The translations under genes were made by a program, and so were the position numbers. From a virus, in IMG/VR virus record IMGVR_UViG_3300043788_000023, positions 105,609 through 169,608 of that record: a stretch of DNA of 64,000 nucleotides; one strand, written 5' to 3'. Each line of letters starts with the position of its first letter. The first letter of the stretch is position 1. Under the pieces are notes generated by a model, which saw nothing but the letters and a program-made list of their open reading frames with translations, made no database searches and was not told the DNA's origin. Positions 53,476-64,000 of the stretch are shown here, one piece after another.

Positions 53476-56400
53476 TTATAGAAGCTGCGTCGGAAAACTC
53501 CCTGAGGACGGTGCCACAATCAGCGTACCGTCAGTGTAGACCAGCCACATAAAAGTCTTGGTAATCTGGACACCGGAATCCGTTACCGAGACCACCAAAT
53601 CGTTGTTTCCAGGCGCTCCGGCGTTGAATGGTCCGAGCAACGGGATGATCGCCGTCCTTGTCCCTGTGTTCAACTGGATGGTGCCCACCGTGATCGCAGG
53701 GTTGCTCAGCGATACCGATATGGTGCTCGTGGAGGTGCTGACCACGTTTGTCGCCACGACGTGGAACGACAGGTTAATTTCGGGGTTGATCGTCGCCACG
53801 TTCCCGGCATCCACATAGCCGAGATAGAGGGTGCTCGTGCTGTCCGTAAAGTCAATTCCAGTCTGAAGATTGAGTCCGACGTTCACCGCGACCGTGAACG
53901 CTTGGTCAACGTACGTGCCGAGTGTGTCCACCACACGGAAGAGCACGGACTTACTGTAGCCAGACTGGGTCGTGATACCGCTCACCAAACCACTGGATGA
54001 GACTCCAATACCCGTAGGCAGCGGATTTGTGTTATTCGGTGAAAGCTGGAACGTGTAGGGCGTGTTCGGGCTGCCTACGGCCGTAAGCTGGAAGCTCTCC
54101 TGAATACCCGAGACGATGTTGATCGTGAACGGCGAATTGGTGAAGTGCAAGCCGGATGGCTGCGACGTGATAGTGATGCCAGTAACAGTCGCCACGGTTG
54201 ACACGCTATCTGTCGCGTGGAACGTGAACGTCGCCGGGTTGGGGCTGAAATTGGACGGAACAGTGCCCGTGATGAGACCGCTGCTCGCCAGTGCCAAGTT
54301 CGGGGCGACAGTGTTCATGGGCGTCGGGCTGCTCGTCCACGTGTACGGCGGGACGCCGCCAGTGGCGATGAGTTGCACGCCGACAGTGCTCGGACCATAT
54401 TGCGTAGAACCACTGATGGTAGCGTTCGGCAGTGCGTTGCCGATGAACGAGTTGACGATAGCAGGTACAGCCGGGTCGCTCCACCCGATGATTGTCAGGT
54501 TCGTGTTGGGCACGACCGTGGAGATTCGGTGGTACGCGTAAGCCTGTTGACCCGTGGTGGACATGCACGAGAACCAGACGTCAAAGTAGCCTGCTTCTGT
54601 GGGGATACCAGTGATGGTGATATTGTTACCGCTGGCTCCAACTACGAGACCACGAGGCAGTGATCCAGAGAACTGGCTGGCGGACTGCAATGTCACGCCA
54701 AGGGGTGCAGTGAATGCGGTAGCGCCGTTATACGCCTGACCGATGGGCTGCGTATCAACCACGTTGTCAATAAGCGAGAACGCGCTCTGAAGCAAGCCAT
54801 TGTTGAGCAAGCCTCCCCAGTTTACCGTCGCCGTGCCATGAACCGTGCCGCCCGCATCAATGTACTGGATGGCAGTAGGTGTGCTTTGTGTGCCAGTCAA
54901 CGTACCGTAGATCAAACCAGTGTTAGCATCCAGAGACAAGCCCGGAGGAAGCGTATACGTAGGAACGACCCGTGCTGTCAAAGGCACAGGAGAGTACGGG
55001 CTTGTGGCACCGTTCAGCGGTCCCAAGTTCGGAGAATTGAAATACGGCTTGCGTGGGTTGAGTCCGACCACGTCGCCAACGATGTACGGGTGCGTGATCG
55101 TTGTGATGTTGCCAATGTCCCCGGTTGCGATTGCAGCGTGCGTCTCCAACACCGCCGAAGGGTTGGCGAGCGTCAGCGTAGTTGCGGAGGAAGCCGTGCA
55201 AAGGAAGTAGCCGTTGTTGCCTCCGTTTGTAAACCCGGTGATGGTGAAGAAGAAATTAGCGAACGCATTGCTCGCCCCGCCGATGATGGTGCCTGTGTAG
55301 ACGGCTGTGGTGCCCACAGAACCCGCCACTTGAGTCAGGTTGTAAGTCGCCGGGTCGTTGTGTGCCAGCGTCGTGTACTCTCGGGAGATGCTCTCGCTTC
55401 CCGACACTGCGGGGACGAAGGTCGTGACAGCCTGCGCAAACGGCTGCGGCGTGATGACGATTGCCGTGCCTGGCTCAGCGGGGTTGCTGTAGTTGCCGAT
55501 GACGAACGGCGTCGTGAACGAAACCGATGGTCCTGACGGCGGGTTTGACACAGTGGAGACGTCAAAGAACCGCTGAGTGTTGATTGTCGGTTCGGCCACG
55601 CCTTGAATGTACACTTGCTGTCCCGACGTGTACGTGTTGGGGGCGGTCACCGTAAGGAGGTTAGCGGTGACAGCAGTTGCCGAAATCTGCGAGAAGGTTG
55701 CCACGCCGTTCGGGTTGTTCAGTGTCAGCGTGGTGGTCGTAGACCCCGTGCAAGTGAACGTGCCATTGTTGTTTGAATTTGAGAACCCGGAAACGGTGAA
55801 CTGCTGGTTCTGGAAAGCGTTGCTCGCCGACTCAGGCTGGGCAGTCGCATAAGTGTAGACGGTATTGCCGCCAGAGTTCTGCGCTGCGTAAGCGAACGCA
55901 AGCGTCTGGTTGACCTGCAACAGGACACGGGTCTGTGCGTTGCCGAAGTACGCATTTGTAGTGGTGGCATTGTTGCCCGGAGGTCCATACCATTCCACGT
56001 CTGGCAACTGAACAGGCGGACTTACTAGCGTGGCGGACGTCGGGTCAATTGCCGTAGCGATGCCGTTACCAAGAACGGTGCCCCTGAGAGCTTTACCCAA
56101 GACCTGAGTCGCTGTCGCAGCATGTGTCTCAGCCGCCCCGAACGGATTGATCAACGTCAATGTGGTTGAAGTTGAGTGCTGACATAGAAACGGGCCGTTG
56201 TTCTGTGAGTTAAGCACGAACCCAGAGATGACAAAGAACTGTCCGGCGTAAAAGTCTACGGTCGCATTGAATCCGCTTCCAGTATAGACCGTGGTGCCAG
56301 CCGAGGCGTTTGCGACTGATGTCAAATTGAACGTTGAAGCCGACGTAGCGACGCCATTCGGGTTGTTGAGCGTGATGCTGTTCGTCGTGTTTGCGACGTA

Positions 56401-58833
56401 GTTGAACGCACCGTTGTTTGGCGCTGCGAGACCGGAGACCACATACACGTCCGAAATAGAGAACGAGAGCGACGCCGGGATGGTGTCCGTGTTGTACACG
56501 GTGTTGCCGCCAGAAGTGTTTGCGTTGGATATTACGTTGATTCTGACTCCGCCGATAGAGAACCCAGAGAGGGAACCAGAGACGGGGATAGGGAATGCTT
56601 GCGTAGTGTCAAAGATGCCCCAGCTTCCGTCAGTCGGGTGAACTTCGTTTGTCAAGATGCCTGGAACAAGGCGGATACCGCTTAGTTCCGGTTCCACGTT
56701 CACAGTGAACTGCGCGGTCGCCGAGTGGGAGGCGCTGTCCAGAACGGAAACTTGGAACGTGCGGTTGCCTGTGTTCGGGAACCCGCCCGGAGTTATGGAG
56801 GTGGCTCCGCCGACCGGAATTTCTATCTGACCGTCCACCAGTTGCGGTGCTCCAAAATAGACAATGTCGGCTGGGTTCGGCCCGAAGCCCGACAGCGTGT
56901 AAGGAGACTGACCGCCAAAGACAGGCACGATCAGCTTGAACTCTTGGAAAGTATAGATGGCGAGTTGACTGATTCGACCGAACTGTAGAGGTGCTGGGGC
57001 GAGCGTCAACGTGAAAGTCTGAGTAGCCTTCGCACCGATGGAGTCCGTGACTTGGATGGTGACGCTGTAGGTCGTCGTGAAATCCGCTGTTGAGTTGTAG
57101 GTCTGGGGCGTGCCCGAGATCAAGCCAGTGTTCGGATTGATGGTCAGCCCGGCTGGGAACGCGCCAGCGGGTGCGCTCCACTGATATGGAGGCAAGCCGC
57201 CTGCAAGCGTTGAGCCACTGTTGATGTTGCCGACCTGCATCTGCACGTTGTACGCCGTGCCTACCTGTGCCACACCGAGGGTCGTCGCAGACGGGATAAG
57301 AGGCGTCACAGTCGGCGGTACCGGAGGCTGGTTTATGATCGTGTAATTCTGGTTGGCCGCGATCTGCACCTTCATGTCCGTCTCAACCAGCATGGTTAGC
57401 GTTGCGTGCGCAACGGAGGGCGGTGTGCTGGAATCGGTCACCGCAAAGCTGGCGGTGAAGAGACCGAGTTCAAGCGGGGTGCCGCTGATGACACCAGCCG
57501 TGTTCATGGTGACGCCGGGTGGAAGCGGGTCAACACTCCAGATGAAAGGGGGCACGCCTCCCTGAGTCTGCATCTGGAATGTGCCACCAAGAGCTTGCGT
57601 GACCGACTTACCCACGAAGAGTGTTGGCAGCGAGGTAGTAGAGATGCCTACCGGAGTAGACTCCGTGGTGGTGGTCGCCGTGAGTTCGTACGGCGGTACG
57701 ATGAGTTCCTTTGACCTTGGGCGTCCCGAGATCGGGAACACGTCCACAGCCATCGTTCCGAAGAGCGAGCTTGCGTTGCCGAAGCGTGTGGAAGCGACGA
57801 GCAGCTTGAGTTCCTGCGTCACAGTATCACGCACGAGGACACGAGCGAGGACTTCCCACGGGTTAGGTGTGAGGTTGCCTGACAGGTTGTTGACGATCTC
57901 AAAGCCCTGCTGACCGCCGATGCCGAGGTTTCCGGTCAAGCCCTGTTGCGATGTTGAAGACGTGGCTGACTGCTGGTCAACGATGAAAATCTGCTGTTGA
58001 ATCTGGCTGACCTGCGTGGACAGCGGGTTGAACTGGTTGCCGCTATAGTTCCGACGTGTCTGGACAGTCACAAAGAACGTGCCCGGATTTGAGAACGACT
58101 TGACGACGACGTTTGACGCAAGAGGCAGCCACCCTGTGGTGGTGTTGTCGGGCCATAGCACTTGCCACTGGTCTGCCCCGGTGTACGCCGGGTTGAGTGT
58201 TATGGTGAGTGACTGTCCGAGTAGCAGCGTTGTAGTGCTGAAATTGAGGTTCCCGGCTGTGATCGCTGTTGGGAACGGACGTGCTGTGGGCAAAGCCAAA
58301 GTGTCCCACGGATTGCTATCAAATGAGTTCGTCGGGGACATTGTCGCTGCCCCTGCGTGAGTTTCCAGAACGGCTGCGCTGTTTTGAAGCGTCAGGGTCG
58401 TCGCTGTTGAGGCGGTGCAGAGGAATGTTCCGTTGTTTGATCCGTTGGTAAATCCCGTTACGACGAATGAAATGCCGACGTAGCTATTGCCGCCGCCGTT
58501 GATGCCCCCAGTGTATACGGCTGTGGTACCGATGGACGCCGCAACGTTGGTAAGCGTGAAGCTGGACACGGCATTCGCCGTCATCGTAAGCGTGTAAGGG
58601 GCTGCCGACGTACCAAGAACCTGCGTGAAGAACAGGCTCGCACCGCTGTAAGCTGCCGGGGCTGGGAAGAACTGAGTGATCGGCGAACCTGAACCTTGGT
58701 ACGTGATGGTCCAGCCAGAGTACTGATTGAAAAGTCCGTTCGGGCAGACAGGCGGTTGCCAGTTGACCGTCAGAACGTTGTTCTGGTCAATGATGGCTGA
58801 TGTCGGAGCGGATTGTAGTATCAGGTTGCTCAT
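53476..58833 (-). CDS. Giant putative-Ig (He_PIG) repeat virion protein
   Basis: 1785 aa; repeated GG.PPY.WS...LP.GL.....G.ISGTP...F.VTDS. Confidence 0.75.
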   Translation of the reverse strand: MSNLILQSAPTSAIIDQNNVLTVNWQPPVCPNGLFNQYSGWTITYQGSGSPITQFFPAPAAYSGASLFFTQVLGTSAAPYTLTMTANAVSSFTLTNVAASIGTTAVYTGGINGGGNSYVGISFVVTGFTNGSNNGTFLCTASTATTLTLQNSAAVLETHAGAATMSPTNSFDSNPWDTLALPTARPFPTAITAGNLNFSTTTLLLGQSLTITLNPAYTGADQWQVLWPDNTTTGWLPLASNVVVKSFSNPGTFFVTVQTRRNYSGNQFNPLSTQVSQIQQQIFIVDQQSATSSTSQQGLTGNLGIGGQQGFEIVNNLSGNLTPNPWEVLARVLVRDTVTQELKLLVASTRFGNASSLFGTMAVDVFPISGRPRSKELIVPPYELTATTTTESTPVGISTTSLPTLFVGKSVTQALGGTFQMQTQGGVPPFIWSVDPLPPGVTMNTAGVISGTPLELGLFTASFAVTDSSTPPSVAHATLTMLVETDMKVQIAANQNYTIINQPPVPPTVTPLIPSATTLGVAQVGTAYNVQMQVGNINSGSTLAGGLPPYQWSAPAGAFPAGLTINPNTGLISGTPQTYNSTADFTTTYSVTIQVTDSIGAKATQTFTLTLAPAPLQFGRISQLAIYTFQEFKLIVPVFGGQSPYTLSGFGPNPADIVYFGAPQLVDGQIEIPVGGATSITPGGFPNTGNRTFQVSVLDSASHSATAQFTVNVEPELSGIRLVPGILTNEVHPTDGSWGIFDTTQAFPIPVSGSLSGFSIGGVRINVISNANTSGGNTVYNTDTIPASLSFSISDVYVVSGLAAPNNGAFNYVANTTNSITLNNPNGVATSASTFNLTSVANASAGTTVYTGSGFNATVDFYAGQFFVISGFVLNSQNNGPFLCQHSTSTTLTLINPFGAAETHAATATQVLGKALRGTVLGNGIATAIDPTSATLVSPPVQLPDVEWYGPPGNNATTTNAYFGNAQTRVLLQVNQTLAFAYAAQNSGGNTVYTYATAQPESASNAFQNQQFTVSGFSNSNNNGTFTCTGSTTTTLTLNNPNGVATFSQISATAVTANLLTVTAPNTYTSGQQVYIQGVAEPTINTQRFFDVSTVSNPPSGPSVSFTTPFVIGNYSNPAEPGTAIVITPQPFAQAVTTFVPAVSGSESISREYTTLAHNDPATYNLTQVAGSVGTTAVYTGTIIGGASNAFANFFFTITGFTNGGNNGYFLCTASSATTLTLANPSAVLETHAAIATGDIGNITTITHPYIVGDVVGLNPRKPYFNSPNLGPLNGATSPYSPVPLTARVVPTYTLPPGLSLDANTGLIYGTLTGTQSTPTAIQYIDAGGTVHGTATVNWGGLLNNGLLQSAFSLIDNVVDTQPIGQAYNGATAFTAPLGVTLQSASQFSGSLPRGLVVGASGNNITITGIPTEAGYFDVWFSCMSTTGQQAYAYHRISTVVPNTNLTIIGWSDPAVPAIVNSFIGNALPNATISGSTQYGPSTVGVQLIATGGVPPYTWTSSPTPMNTVAPNLALASSGLITGTVPSNFSPNPATFTFHATDSVSTVATVTGITITSQPSGLHFTNSPFTINIVSGIQESFQLTAVGSPNTPYTFQLSPNNTNPLPTGIGVSSSGLVSGITTQSGYSKSVLFRVVDTLGTYVDQAFTVAVNVGLNLQTGIDFTDSTSTLYLGYVDAGNVATINPEINLSFHVVATNVVSTSTSTISVSLSNPAITVGTIQLNTGTRTAIIPLLGPFNAGAPGNNDLVVSVTDSGVQITKTFMWLVYTDGTLIVAPSSGSFPTQLL

Positions 58834-61800
58834 TATCCTACCTGCGTCGTGATGTTGGAACTTGCATCTGCCGACACGCCCCCGGTTGGAGGCGTTCCAA
58901 GAAACGGCGTTACACTGACGGTGCGTGACAAAACGCTGTTAGACTGCAATACCGCAATCCCGCCCGATTGGAAGTCTGGCGTCACAAAGATGCTTGAATT
59001 CAACTGCGCTACAGCGACAATCTGAGATGCCGCCAAGTTTGTCTCGCTTGACGGGGCGTGAGCTTCCAAACTCAAGGTGCTGTTGCGTGAAACCGAATAG
59101 AACGCACCTGGCTGATGCAGTGTGCCCCCAGCAGTCAATGCGACGTTGGAAGAAGTCACGTTTGATTGGGCAGCCACGATTCCTGCGCCCGCATCGGGCA
59201 CGTTCAGCAGACCGCCGTCAAGAATCACGCTGTCGCAGCCCACGAAAGAGCCAGCCTGCACATTGTTGACCCACTGGCAGCCGACCATGTCTATGTCGCC
59301 GTTGTAGGCAACGAGAGCCGGATTGTTAAAACCTTTGAATCCAATTCCGTTCAGGATCACACGGCTGGTGTCCATGTAGAATGCACAGGTTGGGCCGTCG
59401 CCAAATCCGGGGAACCCGGTCGCATCAATAACCACGGGGTTTGTAGCACCCGATGTCTGCGAGATGACGAGGCGTCCTTCCCCCTGAATGACTCGGGAGA
59501 GATTCGCGATGCAATAAATCTTGGAGGAACGAATGTCCCCGTCGCCCAAGGCGACCACGTTGATGTTGGGTGTCGTGGTGAGGGAGTACGGGATTCCCGT
59601 ATCCGCACAGATGACCACGCACGGGAACGTGAGCACAGGCGGGAACAGGGAGATTGCCTTTCCAAGCGTAGCCAGCGATTCGGTCAAGCTAAGCCCGGAG
59701 TTATTGTCGCTGCCAGTTGAGTTGTTCACATACAATGTGATCGGCGCGACGGTGGTCTGGAGGTTCTGCCCAAGCACGGTGCGTGCCGTGGGCGGCTGGA
59801 TGGCGAAGCCGATGTGTGGGATAGCCTGTCCGAATCCACGCTGCGCCGTCTGCGTGAACTGAATCGTCTTGCGTGTGTCCTTGTTGATCGGCGGGATGAA
59901 GTCGTTCGTGTGCAATGGCGCAAGGAACGTGTCCTCAACATTGTCAAACTGCATCGCGACGAAGTTGCTGTCAAAGAAAGATTGAAGCGGTGTGTTGGTA
60001 AGCTGCGCATCGTTCCAGTTGAGGAGTGCAGGGAGCATGGTGATGATCGGAAGCTCACGATTGTACGGGTACACGTCAGCGAGACCCACCACGGGCGCTG
60101 CTCCAGTGCCGTTTGAGGTGATGAGCGCGTTGTCTTCAGTGTGGATGATTTCGTACACACGGTTGAGGACACCCTCGCCTTGGTAAGGGATGTACTGTTC
60201 GCTGACGATCAGGCTTGAAGCCGGAGTCAGAGACGGGAGAATTGATCCGACGAAGAAAAACGGTTGAGCGCCTGCGAGTAGCGGGTCAAGAGTGACGGTG
60301 CCCGGAACCACGATTGTCAGCGTGCCGTTGATTGGGTTGATGCTTTGAACCTGTACTTCCTGCGCGGACGGCGGATTGGTGGAATTGTTGACGACCCAGA
60401 TGAAGCGGTTTGTGTCGTCTCCCGACAGCCCCTTGAACACGCAATTCTGGAAGCCCAACACGATGGTCGTAGCCGTGCCGACCCCACCCGGTGCCCGCAC
60501 GTTCAGCACGGAGACTCGTGGGTCCATCGGGAAGTTCGCATCACCGGACCAGTTGCCGAACAGCACGGTCTCTTCAATTTCCGTGATGCCCTTGACTGGG
60601 GCGTTGAAGTTCGCTTGGCACGTGTTAGCCAATAGCAGTTCAAATATGACAGTTGAGTTCGCCGATACGGCGGCTTGGATCGTGACCACAGTCTGGGTGT
60701 TGGTGCTGATCGTGGTTCCCATGGTCTGCCCAGAGATCGTGTAGAATGCCTTGGTTGCGAAGTCAAAAGCCTTCACGCAGTAGAGGGCGTTGAGGCTGCC
60801 GCTGACTTTGTTTGTCGGGATCACGAAAACAGTGCTCGTCTGTCCGCCGACAGTTTCCTGAACTCCGGCAGCACCCGACACGGCGAGCCACAGCCTTGTG
60901 CCGAACTGGATGTCGGAGTACTCGGGGCTGATTGCCAGCAAGGAGTTGACCGAGGCACGATGCCCGTTGACGATGGTGGATGTGGGCAGCGCGATCTGCG
61001 TTGTGTCAACGACGTACTCGGACACACCGAAGACTGGATACACGATGCCGCTTGCGTTGTCCGAAAGAGTTCCGCCGTCCACGGAGAACGGAATTACACG
61101 GAGGTCAGTGCCAGTGCCAGCGGGATAGGTCACGCCGACTGTAACGTAGAGAGGATTTGTACCGGGGTCAAACGCAGTGTTTCCGAGATTGACGACGAAC
61201 TGCACCGAGATTTGCGAGGTGCCGAGGTTTGACGGTTCAAACTGCCCCTGAAGCAATGAAGCGGGCGTCCTCGTGTTCAGCACGTTGTTGCTGACGATGG
61301 CAGTCACATCCACGGAAGTGATCTTTCCTGCGGACGTGGTCGGTAGAGCTATGGCAAACGTGTCGTTGAGCGTCCAAGCCGCTGTGGTGTTGCCGCTCGT
61401 CTTCGCTGAGATCGGCACAGCAATCGTGGTGAAATATGTGCGTGCATCGGAACTGAATCCGTTCTGAAAGCCGTCCCACTGACCCACTGTGTTCGTGTTG
61501 GCGATGCTCGCAGGAGCAATAGCCACGTTGTATTCCAGTGTGGAACCCAGCGCCCTCGGATCGTTGCCCGGTGAGAGACCACGAGAAATAGCCAGCTTGG
61601 TGTTGCCTGTCACGAGGTCGCCGAAGCCGAACCGCATGTCGGAATCCAAGTCGTCGCCTTGGAGACGCACGGTGGAACGTGTGTCAACAACGTCAGCCGG
61701 AAAAATCTGGTCGGCAAGCTCGCTGTCAAAGCGCCCGGAGATGCCAGTGAATGTGGTGCCGGAACCGGGAACGCTAGCAGCAGCGCAGCCGAAGAGATTT

Positions 61801-62879
61801 TGCACGACGTCAAAGTTTCCCGTGTTGCGTTGGAACACGACGGCGAGCGGCATGGCGTAGCTGTAGCCGTCCATGGTGCCAAGAGAGTTGTTGACGTTTC
61901 CGTCTCCCGCAACCCACAGCCCGGTATCGCCGTTGATCGGATACGGATTCCAGTAAGCATTGTTTATGCGTCCGGTGCTTGGATCAAGCGGTGCTACCCC
62001 AACGGGTACGGTGACATAGGCGACGTAATAAGCGCCGTTGTACAGCACCACGTTGCCGTCCACGTACGATGCGCCGCCACGCCACGGCTGGATGTTCGGG
62101 TTACCACCCATGTAGCTGAACTGATAGGGCAGCAGCCCTTGCAGCGGTGAAATGCCGGGTGCGGGCGAACGGAGAGAAGCCTGTGCGTAGACTGCGTTGA
62201 AAATGTTTTGGAACGACGGGGCATCGTTCGTGTCCGGGTCTAGACCGAACTTGAACGTGCTGAAGTTGTAGTTCAAGCCCACGCGCTGCACATTGATGCG
62301 CCACTGAATCTGTGCGCGTTCTGTGGTGAACAGACCAGCCGTCACGTCAATGGAGTCGTCAGGAAGAATTTCTGCATTGTTCGGGCTGGGTTGGATGCCG
62401 CCGTACGGGTAGAAATAGAAGAGCTTCGTGATCGGGTCTTGGAAGTACCCCTGCCCCGTGACCGGGTTGAGTGACTGGTACCAGAGTTCAAGGAACACCA
62501 CATACAGGCGGGCGGGTTCTTCCGCAGTGCCAGGTGCCCAGTTTGAGGGCGCAGGAATCTGTACACGGTTCTGAGAAAGATTGGAAGACTGGTTGCCGAC
62601 GATGGGCACCACGGTACCGTTGAAGAGTACATCAAAAGCCGGGATGGTGAAGACCAGAGGGTTCTGGATGTTGAACACCAGCGGGGAGTACGTCAGGCAG
62701 CCAGAGGCGACCATGTCGTTGAGGACGGCCGCACGCTTGGAGTCTTGCAGGTCTTGAATGACGTTGATGTCAGCGTCGCTGATCTCGTGATCGTGGAGAG
62801 CGACGATGGTTCTGAGGCTCTTCCCGCTCGGGTCAAGGGTTCGTGAAACGATCAGGGGGTATTGGAATGTGCTCGCCAT
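58833..62879 (-). CDS. Large virion/baseplate-associated protein with a C-terminal beta-helix-like region
   Basis: 1348 aa; VSRTLDP..., YVVFLELWY, ER.QIQWRI, DGYSYA.PLA.VFQRN; LYVN...G.D.N.G. Confidence 0.7.
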   Translation of the reverse strand: MASTFQYPLIVSRTLDPSGKSLRTIVALHDHEISDADINVIQDLQDSKRAAVLNDMVASGCLTYSPLVFNIQNPLVFTIPAFDVLFNGTVVPIVGNQSSNLSQNRVQIPAPSNWAPGTAEEPARLYVVFLELWYQSLNPVTGQGYFQDPITKLFYFYPYGGIQPSPNNAEILPDDSIDVTAGLFTTERAQIQWRINVQRVGLNYNFSTFKFGLDPDTNDAPSFQNIFNAVYAQASLRSPAPGISPLQGLLPYQFSYMGGNPNIQPWRGGASYVDGNVVLYNGAYYVAYVTVPVGVAPLDPSTGRINNAYWNPYPINGDTGLWVAGDGNVNNSLGTMDGYSYAMPLAVVFQRNTGNFDVVQNLFGCAAASVPGSGTTFTGISGRFDSELADQIFPADVVDTRSTVRLQGDDLDSDMRFGFGDLVTGNTKLAISRGLSPGNDPRALGSTLEYNVAIAPASIANTNTVGQWDGFQNGFSSDARTYFTTIAVPISAKTSGNTTAAWTLNDTFAIALPTTSAGKITSVDVTAIVSNNVLNTRTPASLLQGQFEPSNLGTSQISVQFVVNLGNTAFDPGTNPLYVTVGVTYPAGTGTDLRVIPFSVDGGTLSDNASGIVYPVFGVSEYVVDTTQIALPTSTIVNGHRASVNSLLAISPEYSDIQFGTRLWLAVSGAAGVQETVGGQTSTVFVIPTNKVSGSLNALYCVKAFDFATKAFYTISGQTMGTTISTNTQTVVTIQAAVSANSTVIFELLLANTCQANFNAPVKGITEIEETVLFGNWSGDANFPMDPRVSVLNVRAPGGVGTATTIVLGFQNCVFKGLSGDDTNRFIWVVNNSTNPPSAQEVQVQSINPINGTLTIVVPGTVTLDPLLAGAQPFFFVGSILPSLTPASSLIVSEQYIPYQGEGVLNRVYEIIHTEDNALITSNGTGAAPVVGLADVYPYNRELPIITMLPALLNWNDAQLTNTPLQSFFDSNFVAMQFDNVEDTFLAPLHTNDFIPPINKDTRKTIQFTQTAQRGFGQAIPHIGFAIQPPTARTVLGQNLQTTVAPITLYVNNSTGSDNNSGLSLTESLATLGKAISLFPPVLTFPCVVICADTGIPYSLTTTPNINVVALGDGDIRSSKIYCIANLSRVIQGEGRLVISQTSGATNPVVIDATGFPGFGDGPTCAFYMDTSRVILNGIGFKGFNNPALVAYNGDIDMVGCQWVNNVQAGSFVGCDSVILDGGLLNVPDAGAGIVAAQSNVTSSNVALTAGGTLHQPGAFYSVSRNSTLSLEAHAPSSETNLAASQIVAVAQLNSSIFVTPDFQSGGIAVLQSNSVLSRTVSVTPFLGTPPTGGVSADASSNITTQVG

Positions 62880-63292
62880 TAGACCGCCGCAGCCTCTCTG
62901 ACAACAAATACTCCGGGTTCCTTACAACCGCAGGATGTTTTCCCGCCAGCTAAAGCCTTGCCGCTGACCTCAATGACGGCACCGCAGCAGCACTTGCATG
63001 CCCAGCAGGAATGGGAGGAGTCTCCGACCTTCTGGGAATTGACCCGCCAGACCACAAGCAGGCTGCCGAAGCGCTGGTTGACGAGGTTGAACCTCTTCTC
63101 CATCTTTGACTTGCGCATCTTGCTGGAGGCGCAACCGCAGGACTTCGTACGTCCGTTCAGGAGGTGATCCTCACGGACCGTTTTCTCCTTACCGCAGAGA
63201 CAATGCACCCGCCATGTGGCACGGGAGCCAACTGGCTCGCCCCTGCCCACAACCGACAAAAGCCCGAAACGCTGCCCGGTGAGTTCTCTCAT
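62879..63292 (-). CDS. Homing-endonuclease-associated Cys-rich repeat protein
   Basis: Two repeats L.GQRFG.L.V....W...C.CG.......L..G.T.SCGC; no nuclease domain visible. Confidence 0.7.
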   Translation of the reverse strand: MRELTGQRFGLLSVVGRGEPVGSRATWRVHCLCGKEKTVREDHLLNGRTKSCGCASSKMRKSKMEKRFNLVNQRFGSLLVVWRVNSQKVGDSSHSCWACKCCCGAVIEVSGKALAGGKTSCGCKEPGVFVVREAAAV

Positions 63293-63360
63293 CTCTACTT
63301 GGGGGAACGATAGTGGGTAACCGTGGAACAACTAGCGAACGCCTTTGTTAGGGGAGCCAG

Positions 63361-64000
63361 ATGCCTTACGATTTCATAGACCAGAATATCGTGGCTACGT
63401 GCCTGATCCAGCCGCACGACAACGATTCGTTCTACAACCCTATCCCCCTCCTACACACAGGGTTCGCCTTCAACGGCAACCATTACACCCTCGGGGTTCA
63501 GGACGGCAATGCAAGCCCGTACCACGCCGCTGGCGGGAACCTTCAAGCAACGTGGTGGACTGAGGCGCAGGCGGGTAACGAGTTCCGAGGCGACCAACAA
63601 AACTTCCCGACCTACGGTCTCGTTTTGGTTTCCCCCGTCTCGCTGGTGATCTTGGACCAAGGTACTCCGGTCGCCACAGCTAACGCCCTTCCCTTGTGGA
63701 TGCAGTTCTTGCTTGCGGACAACAACGCACTTGCGAACAACTTTGACGGCGCAGTCATAGGCTTCACGCCAGCCAGCGTGTGCTATGCGGATGGAATCAT
63801 CTCTGTGACGTACGTGCCGGACTCAGGCTGCCAAGCCACTTACACGTACCCGGTGTGGAACCCCTCAACCAGCTACAACGCTGGCGACATCGTCACATAC
63901 AACGGCGTGCGCTACGAGGCGCTCTTGTTCGGCGCTCCTTTAGCTCCTCCGGTTGCTGGCATTCCGCCGACGCTCAACCCCAATTTCTGGAAGGTAGAGA
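63361..64000 (+). CDS. Virion protein with a CBM5/12-like motif, partial (runs off the right end)
   Basis: GGGGAG SD and ATG at 63361, open to the end; WNPSTSYNAGDIVTYNGVRYEA. Confidence 0.65.
   Translation, partial: MPYDFIDQNIVATCLIQPHDNDSFYNPIPLLHTGFAFNGNHYTLGVQDGNASPYHAAGGNLQATWWTEAQAGNEFRGDQQNFPTYGLVLVSPVSLVILDQGTPVATANALPLWMQFLLADNNALANNFDGAVIGFTPASVCYADGIISVTYVPDSGCQATYTYPVWNPSTSYNAGDIVTYNGVRYEALLFGAPLAPPVAGIPPTLNPNFWKVE

Noticed and set aside
39384-62879. Genome-wide TAG reassignment, suggested by the three CUA tRNAs
   Set aside because: Very long genes are uninterrupted in code 11, and adk, nadV and 27776..28114 end at TAG at plausible lengths. Only two N-terminal TAGs were found.
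1-64000. CRISPR array, rRNA, IS element or integrase
   Set aside because: No regularly spaced repeats, rRNA motifs, transposase or integrase were seen. The repeats present are tRNA paralogs and protein-coding repeats.

Overview
This is a 64-kb segment of a large (jumbo-type) myovirus genome, with almost all genes on the minus strand. The host may be an Acidobacteriota member; that is inferred only from the style of CspA and CoaD. The left part holds two neck/head-tail genes, nucleotide kinases, thymidine-hypermodification genes, an AAA ATPase, an NAD+ salvage pair (NAMPT and NMNAT-Nudix), UvrD and PP2C. It also holds a cell-surface polysaccharide cassette (beta-barrels, GT2 synthase, deacetylase, galactose-oxidase-like copper enzyme, GH16). 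The right part (about 39-64 kb) holds baseplate and very large Ig/beta-repeat virion proteins. The middle (23.9-36.1 kb) is a translation-rescue region and contains the most unusual features. (1) A Thr/Gln/Ile tRNA operon sits behind what looks like a classical ribosome-stalling attenuator. Its unannotated 29-aa leader peptide uses the codons read by the downstream tRNAs, and it has mutually exclusive antiterminator and terminator hairpins. (2) Three tandem 34-35-nt CCA-ended acceptor-stem minihelices lie upstream of that attenuator. (3) Four of these tRNAs carry C33 instead of the near-universal U33. (4) Three CUA (amber-suppressor) tRNAs are co-oriented with a Pth2-like gene and an HD-domain gene, and both genes have an in-frame TAG right after their SD-equipped start codon. 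(5) There are two related ~150-nt double-T-loop RNAs, a circularly permuted tmRNA and a catalytic-domain-only AlaRS. All calls come from reading the sequence by eye; no searches were run.
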